Positions 55,134-64,000 of a DNA stretch of 64,000 bases are shown here, piece by piece. A program made the position numbers and the translations under genes. The stretch comes from Auanema rhodensis. Lineage: Eukaryota; Animalia; Nematoda. The number at the start of each line of letters is the position of its first letter. Position 1 is the first letter of the stretch. The notes under the pieces are model-generated. The model was not told the origin of the DNA. It saw only the letters and a list, made by a program, of their open reading frames with translations, and searched no databases. The stretch spans positions 5,766,001-5,830,000 of the forward strand of contig OZ059895.1 of assembly GCA_964057225.1 (NCBI GenBank), written 5' to 3'.

Positions 55134-56386
55134 ATGGAGCCACATTTAACTCGTGATGATATTAACCGATTTCGTGGTCTTAATATGGAACATGGCTTCA
55201 TTAAATCTATTGTGAAAAATCAAATTGATCGGTAAGTTTGCGTTGTTTTTACGTGACATGTGACTGTGAAAGTTTTTATTTTGTATTGCTTTAGAGATGA
55301 ATATCATAAAGTTATGGAAGAAAGAAAGAAAGAAGTTAAGCAAAAAATGAAGGATGGTATGTATTTTTTCGTATGCTTCTTCGTTCATATAGTATATTAA
55401 GAGAGATTAGCTTCGCTTCGCCCGACAGGCAGCCGGACTCAACAAACAGGAGGCATGAAACTATATGTACCACCACATTTGAGGGATAATGTAAATAAAT
55501 CGAATCACCCTATGAATGGCGAAAGAAAATATATCCCACCACAACTCAGGGATAACAATAGTTCGCAGCCAATTTCAAAACCGAAAAATGACGTAAGTTC
55601 TACCCATCGATAACTTTGTCAATATATCATAACCAACCTTAAAACTTTCTTGGACTAATTTTTTTTTGAAGATACGTCTGAATATGATTAATTCCAAGAT
55701 CTTACTTTTTGAGGACGTATTCAAATTAATGAGGGTGTAAAAAACAAAAAAGTATAAGTAAATTTTGTCAATGAGAAATTTTAATCTGTCCTTATTAATA
55801 GAACAATATGTATTGAAATCTTAAAAAAATTTAGATTAATCAGTAATTAATTTTAGCGGGGAACTTGTGCGGCAGTAATTAGCGAAGTAGAAGAACACAC
55901 AATAAGGGAAAAGGTAGTATAGTTTTGTTTAGTTTTAAAATATGTCTTTTGCGATTTTACAGGTTCGTAATAGTATAAAGGGTAGACTGGAAGATATTGA
56001 TAACATAACAGTGAAGAAATCACTTGGAGGTACCTTCATTTCTCTATTAGTATTTAGAATATTATATTCTTTATAGGAACAGTTGCTTCATCTGAGCCAC
56101 TATTTATTTTGAATTTGAAAGATACAGAAGGCAAAAGTGTGGAAGTAGCTGTTATGAATGTGCGTTATACGATAATGTGAAGATCATAAAATTATTTTCA
56201 GACCGATAATGCTGCGAGATTAGCTAAAGAATTAGGAAGAAAATATGGGTTCACTGACGATCAGTGTCGTATGTTACGGTTAACGTTAGATCATGAATTA
56301 GAGAAAAGGCTAAAAAGTATGTTTTATTCTGAAGTATCTAATTAATACAGCATCGTTTAGAATCAGAAACAATTGAACAATCGTAG
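55134..56386 (+). CDS. UPF0561 / C2orf68 homolog
   Basis: GLNMEHGFIKSIVKNQIDRDEY resembles the C2orf68 motif LDMNHGF...NQIARDDY. Also LYVPPHLR and the C-terminal LFILNLKDTEGKSVEVAVMNTDNAARLAKEL...LRLTLDHELEKR. The start could be 55005; internal exons and the last exon are uncertain. Confidence 0.75.
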
Positions 56387-57008
56387 CAAAATATTACTTT
56401 AGAAGAATTGTCTATTAAATGACGTCCATTATTATGAGTTCCGCTAGCTAGGTCGTACATAGAAATCAATTCCAAGTTGCAAGATGTTCTCAGAATCTCT
56501 ATGGAATCGGGTTTCATTTGATTTTTCCTTAACAATTCTCTTAAGTTCCGCATTGAAGGCGCGTTTTTTAAAATTTTGCATAGTTCTTTTAGAAATTCTT
56601 TATTTTAAAATTGAATTATGAGCAGAAATTCTATTACCTTCTTTTATTTTATTTCTATTTCTATTGTTTTTTTTCATTAACCACATTGATATTTAAACTA
56701 TCTTTGACATAGATTCATTAATACATCTCTAGTTAAGATGGCTATTAAGGCGCATTCGGAAAACAAGGTCTCTTATGAGCATAAATTCGAAAAAAACTGT
56801 GATTTGTGAAATTAAGGGTTTTTGCGATCTTGGGGTTCATTCAATAAACACCTCGATTTTCTACGTTAATGATTTTGTAGTGTAGATTATTATTTGTAAA
56901 AATTGTTTTTAATGTTACACATGTTTATTAATGAATAGATATCTAAACTTCTTAGTAATCAATTATTTCCTGTTATCATTTTTCAATACATCAGTAACTA
57001 CTTAGCCT

Positions 57009-59385
57009 ATGGGTTTTAGTAGCACAAAACTTATTAGGTAAGTTCAAAACTTAAATATTTTCACTTTACATTTTATTCTTCTTTCAGACATCTTTGTGCA
57101 GTTAATTATAATTGGAATTACAGTAAACTTATGAAACATTTGTTTTATTTAAGATGAGATAAAATTAAATCACGGAAATTTATTTTATATTGTTGAAAGT
57201 TTTTGTTTTGTTTTTCTTTCTTTTCTTTATAAAATTGTTTTTCATTGGCTAAAAAATATATTTGTATATATGAATAAACCATTACACATTGTAATTTTTG
57301 TTATTTATTTTATACGTTTTGTGAACGAAATATATGGTTAGAATGGGATATAAATATCAAATTTGCCATGTTTTTAGCATGGTTGGCATCCAAAGTCAAC
57401 GACGATGGATAACAAAAGCAGTCGGATTATCAAAACTTCCAGTTCTACCAACAAAAGCTAGAGCAGATGGTGAAGTTAGTTAATGTCTGAAAAAAATTGA
57501 AGTTTGCTCAGCTTTGCGTTCCTATTCTTTGAAGAGAGAAGGGGATAATAAGGAAAATAATGAATGTTTTGTTTTAGGCAGCATCATTTGTGGATTACCG
57601 ACGAATCAAATGTATTGCGGGAAGTGGAGGTGATGGAATGGTCTCATTTTTTCGGTTGTTGATTAGTTCATACATAAAATTTATCAATTTTATTTAGCGG
57701 TTATCGCAATCCTTTTGGTGGGCCAGACGGCGGAGATGGTGGACATGGTGGGCATGTGACATTTAAAGGTACAAAAAGAAATACTTAAAGTACACAAAAC
57801 AAAAAAGTTGTAGCTAGTCGAAAAGTAAAAGATTTATCGCATCTTACTACAATAATTCGAGCGAAAAATGGAGAGTTTGGTGGTTCAAAGTCGTGTCACG
57901 GTAAATCAGCGGTCCATCTCGAGGTACTTCTAATTTTTTTTATAACAACGTCTCATCCTAAGTGTTTTATAGATTCCTGTTCCTTTAGGGACAACTTTTA
58001 ACTCTATAGCTTCCGGAGAAGCGGTATTTGATTTGCCAAAACAAGATGAAGTAAAAACTGTTTTTGGTTATTTTGCACCTTGAATTTACAGATCTTTGTA
58101 GCAGCTCGAGGAGGTGCTGGTGGCCGTGGAAATCAATTCTATGTATCTAACGAAGTTCGAAAGCCTTTCAAAGCAGAACGAGGTGGCCGTGGAGAAGAAG
58201 TAATTTTTTTGAATTTTTTACTTTTTATGGAGTTAGGAATCAGTCTATTTTTTTGCAGTATAAATTAGATATTGTTTTAAAAACATGCTTTGGACAACAT
58301 TGACAAAATATTTTAGATATGTATTTTTCGAAATCAAAGATTTAGTTGTATTTTTAAAATTTTTCAGATAGCATATGATGTTGAAATGAGAGTTATAGCG
58401 ACCGCAGGTCTTGTTGGTTTTCCAAATGCTGGAAAATCGTGAGTGAAAGAAATATACCAAATGCATTTATTTCTACGTTTAGGTCCCTACTCCGAGCTAT
58501 ATCACGAGCCAAACCCAAAGTTGCTTCATATCCGTTTACGACCTTGAAACCACATGTTGGCATGGTGCACTACGAAGACTTCGAACAGGTCGCAGGTGAG
58601 AGCACTACAGACAGCCAGCATTGCAACGTGACACATGTGATGGGAAACATTGAATGAAACCATGTGTGTGACTGATTGTAGCTGTTTGGAGTAGTGTTTA
58701 TGCCAATTGCTCCTTATGATGGATGATTCCGAAGATTTCAGTGGCTGATATCCCGGGATTAATCGAGGATGCACATAAGAATGAGGGTCTAGGCATTTCA
58801 TTTCTGAGACATATTGAGCGATGCAGGTACCAGTGGTTTTAGCGTTCTGTAAAAGATCTTAGATCTGATAACATGATACTCCACTCGCACTCCATTACTC
58901 TCTCATATATTAATGAGATATGTAGATCCATGTTTCTTTCAATATATGGATGGTTTCATGTTGTATTAGTTAAGATTGAATTACTTTTTCATGATAAGCA
59001 TGATAATCTCTTAATTTAATAGGATGACAAGAAAGAATATTATCTTAATTTCAATTTCAGCTGCTTATTCTATGTAATTGACTTTACCCTACATGAATAT
59101 CTCGAACAATTTGAAGCTCTACGTTTTGAATTGAACCAATATCGTGAAGGATTGGATGTTCGGCAAAGTTGTATAGTTATTAATAAAATTGATCTCGATA
59201 AAGAAAATGTAAGTCCTTTATCGGATTGTTTTTTTTGTTATAAACAATTTGAAATGTTTTAGGTGAATAGAGAGAAAATCAGAAATTTATTTAACGGGTT
59301 ACCTTGTTTCTTCGTGTCAGCCAAATATGGTTATGGACTTACAGATTTGCTCATATATCTTAGAAATGTTCATGATTCCATCTGA
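57009..59385 (+). CDS. MTG2: Mitochondrial Obg-family GTPase MTG2/GTPBP5
   Basis: Basic transit-peptide-like N-terminus. Obg fold FVD...AGSGGDG...[13 protein letters not shown]1 [12 protein letters not shown]2 YPFTTLKP, G3 ADIPGLIE, G4 INKID, G5 VSAK. Confidence 0.92.
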
Positions 59386-61165
59386 AAAAAGAAGTTTATA
59401 CTGCTGCATATTCTTACAAGAGTTTCGTCCACCGATTTAAATGAATATCGACAACGAAAGTTGCAACAAGTGAGCTGTCATGGAAGTGTGTATGAATAAA
59501 GAGAATAATATATTACTGTCGTTAGATTCCTTTTGTTTCCTGTGCTGTGATTGATCTCTCTTAAATTTCATCCTGTTCCCTCGACTTCTAAATCGAATCT
59601 CTGTTATGTGAACATATTAATGAGTTTGCAGGAAAGAAAGAAGATGACACCGACATACATGTGTCCCAAACAGAATAAGAGAGAAAGAGAATGGTAAAGG
59701 CATTCAAAGTGATTGAGTTAAACGTAAGCATAACTAATCAGTCAACCGTTTTCATTCTTCACTTGGATCCTATGTTGTTCTCTTCTAAATGTGCTCAACA
59801 AAGATTAATCTCCCATTCGTTTTCTCTCATTGAAATGGTAGTACATAATGTATTGAGATTGACGGAACATTTAAAACCTGCATATTGTCTGAATTGATTG
59901 AGTAAAGACTGTATATCTCATTAAACATTAAATATTCCGACTCATTCATTGGATACATAAGCATTAACTGTTTATATAATTGATATAGTAAAACAGATCG
60001 TTAAAACTGATTCGGCATACCCATATGCGAATGAGTATCTATTGATTTGAAGTCAATGAAAACGTTCTTTATTCGTTTCATTGTTTAATGATAGAAAATC
60101 ATGTTTTCAATTGAATATACAGAAAGAATTGAACCAGACTTACGATATAAATTAAAATATTTACTATTAGACGAGAATCTTAGATATAGTTATTTTAATC
60201 CGAAACTATATATGAGATATGTACTCATAGTCAACAACTCTAATGGGCTTTTCATAAACAATTTGATTTGTTTTTCGTTTCTGTGCATTGCATGTTTCTT
60301 AATTACAGTTCCCAAGTTGATTCATTTAATTCATAAACAAAATTTTGATGACCAGCTGGGGTCAGTGATGAATTCAATATAAGAAAGCTCATTCAAAACA
60401 ACATGTTGCTCAAATATCAAAAACTAACCATGAAAATACTGTTCGGATGATGAGTGCAAAGAGGGTACAAGCGGCTAGTAACAACAGTATTGTATATTTC
60501 TGACAGACAAACTAGCGGTTTCTTGGGCTAAAGAGCTTATTGCTTGATTGAGACGAACGGTTGTCACTTTTCTGATTTGCATATGCTCGGAGGTCGACTG
60601 GGAACGAGCTTGCTGAAGATAGATTAGCATGTTATTCAAACATATATCAAGGTCAATCCTAGCACTCTCTCTTTTTTTCTGTACCATTTGTGCCATTTCT
60701 GTCTGCTTCTTGTCTTCATGAGGCTGTCCTCATTGATGTCCTTCCGTCTGCCAGCTTTGCGCCCATGATTCGAACCGTATATCGAGAAAGCCAATTGATC
60801 TTTGTCGTCTCGACTTCATGTCAGATGCAGATCCCCCGCGTATGACAGATAAAGAGACCTACCGCGTATCAAATCCGACGTTGCTCATCTTCTGTTCAGC
60901 TTGCTTTTCTAAGCATCTATAAAGGATATTCAAATTGAACAGACTGGTCATTGTAGTGAAAAACAAGCCGACAGATTTGACAAGATAGAGAGCTAACCTA
61001 GTATGCTTGTCATATTATACTCTTTGAGTTGTTTAAAAGTCATATATAAAATGTACTTAAAATAAAATGCATAACGACATGAGACAGATTTCTTGTAAGA
61101 TATATGCAACCGCTCATTTGTTTCAAAGATAGAAAATGAAGGAAACTCCAAAAATTGACATAAAT

Positions 61166-61175
61166 GTCACGTGAC
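61166..61175. promoter_or_regulatory. Palindromic extended E-box GTCACGTGAC (CLEAR/TFEB-HLH-30 type)
   Basis: Exact 10-bp palindrome. The target gene is unclear. Confidence 0.35.
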
Positions 61176-62335
61176 CATCAATGCTAATATTATAATTTGA
61201 CCCTATGAAGTGATGCACATATCTAGATTGCATTTTCTACGGAACTTATCTACTAATCCATTTTATATAACATATCATATATACTTCAACTTTTGAATTA
61301 AAATCTGTTAAGTTTGTCAATGGGTCAGATTAAATTGGGATTAGACCATATTCTCCATAGAAGAATACACACACATACACAAACACGTCTTTAGAGAGCT
61401 GTAAATGTCAGAATATGATGATTTGTCTTGATAAGGCTTGCTTGTCTCATCTTTCTCGGCTAATCATTCCTCGATTATTATCATATGTCTAAGTAATTTG
61501 TTTATACGAGTCATTGTTATCTATTCATCTGACCCTTACTTTCCTTGGCTGGCAGAGAGGCCAGTGATCCTGTTGTATGTTTGTGTGTATATGCCTGTGT
61601 GGCCTGGCTGTCTTACCTGACTTTGGTCACAAAGATAACGGATGTAAATATGTATACAAGTGAAGCATCATTGAGATGTATGTCCAAGTTGATCAACCAA
61701 ACTATAAGTATAATTGCCGTTTTTTATACATATTGTTAAATTCGTTGGCAAGATTATTTCCCTGATGATGAGACAACATCCGATTGCTAGGGTCTGACTT
61801 CCTAAAATCGTTTTTGACGTGTCCGACGTGTCTCATCTCCATTGAGAATTGGTTAGAAAACCCTAGAATTTGTTCTCTCGTAACTTGATAAATGACTTAA
61901 CAACGACAAGCAAAACTAAAAAAAGGTTTTTGTTTTAAAACCCAAAGAACTATTTATATAATTCATATAATATTATAAATTTTGAAAAATAAGTATAAAG
62001 TTTATAAAAATAGATAAAAAGTTTTCTTTAGAAGCATACTGTATATCAAAATTTTCATGTGTTTCTGTCCTCATACATAAACTTTATTATTTTCTTTTCA
62101 TGGTGATACATTTCAGCATAATAGCGAAGAGAGCACATTTACCTAGCAAGATTTCTCGAATTCTGATTCTTGCTTAAAAACCATTTGCTGAGTACTTGAA
62201 ATAGCCACAAGTTGCCTCACAACCCGACCCCAAAGCTACTCCCCAGTGAATAAAAGGATCGGCAGCCGAGTTGATAAATGAGTCAAGTTGGAAAGTTGCT
62301 TAGAGAGCTCATATATCAGCTAATCGATGTCAATT

Positions 62336-63044
62336 CCCATGCTGAGCATAATTTCCTAAAATGCATCCTGACTTCTATATTACTGTTAAGAAACTTCAGA
62401 ACTCATGCACTATGACGGATGAGCTGTCTTACGGCCGCTGAGGTTGATTTGGTTTCCTCTTCAAAAAATGCTACCCATGCCAGCCAACTACGAAAACAGT
62501 CATGTAAAAAATCCCAAAAGGGTTTGCTATAGTTTTGATGCAATTTTTTTTTGGATTTTAAGATCATGATCAATTGATTTGCATTTCGAAGGCGATGAAA
62601 TGGCCAACCATAAGCTTTCAATGCCGGTGTCATAGTTGTGCACGTAAATTTATTGGTCCCATAACGAAAAGTGTTGCCATGTACATATGCTTTCATCTTT
62701 CCGCAACTGAGGCTAAATTCTTTAATATAAATCACATTTAATATCTGGTTTCCGCCTATTGGAATCATAGCATCTAAACATGAAACGAACCTCACGCACA
62801 TGTCTTTGCCGCATTTTCCAAATTTGAATATATCCCTTAAACAATCAAGAATCATGATCTCAATACTAACAAATGTGAGATTGGAACTACATGAATCTGG
62901 GTGATGTTATTCACTTTAATCGAAAAGATTTCGATGTATATGGTTATAATTATTTTCAAGAGATAAACATAAGAGGAGGAGGAGGAGGAGGAGGCACTAA
63001 TTCAGAAGTGAGGATAAATTTTAGGAGATTATGCTCAGCATGGG
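62336..63044. mobile_element. Putative non-autonomous DNA transposon with 41-bp terminal inverted repeats
   Basis: 62336-62376 (cccatgctgagcataatttcctaaaatgcatcctgacttct) matches the reverse complement of 63004-63044 at 37/41 positions, with the outer 17 perfect. No clear target-site duplication. Confidence 0.65.
62403..62855 (-). CDS. Intronless 150-aa ORF of unrecognised family inside the inverted-repeat element
   Basis: 453-nt open frame with ordinary amino-acid composition in AT-rich DNA. It fills most of the space between the inverted repeats. Confidence 0.4.
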   Translation of the reverse strand: MILDCLRDIFKFGKCGKDMCVRFVSCLDAMIPIGGNQILNVIYIKEFSLSCGKMKAYVHGNTFRYGTNKFTCTTMTPALKAYGWPFHRLRNANQLIMILKSKKKLHQNYSKPFWDFLHDCFRSWLAWVAFFEEETKSTSAAVRQLIRHSA

Positions 63045-63507
63045 GCTGGGAGAATCAGTAAGCTACTAACATCTCAAGAATACAATATACAGACACGGAT
63101 TAACACAAAACATTTCTATCGAATTCACTTCAATGTTAATTATTTTCAAAATATATTTAGTAATATCATTTTCTTGTATTTTCCTGTTGCACTTCTTCCA
63201 GCCCTATAGTACAATTCGCTCCTGTTTCTTTCTTTCCCCCTCTTTTTCTCTCGTTCGCTTTCTCATTTTCGTTTTTCATTTATTCATTTTCTCTCCTTAA
63301 ACCCATGTATGTATAAGGAAGCTTTAACTTATCTACTGATGATAATGTAATTATGCCAACACAACCATTCTTTATTGCTTCAATGTCTCAGACTCTCTTC
63401 TCTGTTGACTACTTAGTTATCTAAGCTTCGTCTCCAATCCCCCACCCCCTACATGTTCCAAAGACAATTTTTTCATTTTCAAATACAAAGCATTCAATTC
63501 TCTCCCT

Positions 63508-63511
<4 letters not shown>

Positions 63512-63574
<63 letters not shown>
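63512..63574. repeat. (CT)n microsatellite
   Basis: Direct inspection. Confidence 0.95.
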
Positions 63575-63576
<2 letters not shown>

Positions 63577-64000
63577 CCAGATTTCTTTCAGTTCTTCTAC
63601 ATTTCCTTCATAGTTTTAAGAAATCTTTGTAAATTAAATTAAAGCTTCCTAGTTAGTTCCTAAGCTCTTATTTTTACATCAAAGTGCTTCGGAGTCGTTT
63701 GACCTTTCCGTTTTTCGTTTTTTCTTATGCCAACATTGAAATTTCCTTAAAGTTTTTTTGGTTGCTAGCAAAGTTAGGAAAAAAAAACTTTTTTTGTGGT
63801 TTCTGTTCAAACGCTTTTACATTCAACTACAGTATTCAAACATGGAATAGAGGCTAGATGATTAGAACATTACATGTCTTCTGTTGATGAGCATAGCTTT
63901 CTATAGAAGGAAGGGGGATTGAAGCTTAAATTTTGAAAAACTGAAATAGATACTGTTGTTTCAATAAAATGAAATGAAAGATCAAAAAAGAATAAAGAAG

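Noticed and set aside
59383-59499. 37 open codons after the MTG2 TGA (readthrough or selenocysteine)
   Set aside because: The protein already ends where Obg/MTG2 homologs end. There is no TGA-CTA context or visible SECIS, and the length is compatible with chance.

Overview
AT-rich eukaryotic genomic DNA with very short spliceosomal introns (mostly about 40-55 nt) and closely packed co-oriented genes. This fits a rhabditid-type nematode; the relaxed 3' splice sites suggest it is not Caenorhabditis, but the species cannot be fixed from sequence. Manual splicing of the ORF fragments gives 14 protein-coding genes in order: the 3' end of DNA polymerase epsilon, a serpentine 7TM chemoreceptor, a Nup58-like FG nucleoporin, PBDC1, a large multi-promoter DH-PH RhoGEF, ceramide kinase, OSER1, SIN3, and then a co-oriented run of SCAPER, ataxin-10, CC2D1/Lgd, GOLPH3, a C2orf68/UPF0561 homolog and the mitochondrial Obg GTPase MTG2. 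The most notable unexplained structure is: (1) a 709-bp element bounded by 41-bp inverted repeats that carries an intronless 150-aa ORF I do not recognise; (2) two GC-rich foldable islands sharing a GCGC-RAG-n-CACGTG-CG..GCGC motif in the larger gaps of the co-oriented run; (3) an intronic box H/ACA snoRNA candidate in SCAPER; (4) a recent 415-bp in-frame tandem duplication, intron included, that adds a DM14 repeat to CC2D1; (5) frequent AAG acceptors and three required GC-AG introns; (6) three alternative N-termini and two alternative C-termini in the RhoGEF; (7) strongly folded introns in MTG2. Gene identities come from motif recognition, not database searches. No prokaryotic-type system (CRISPR, etc.) is present.
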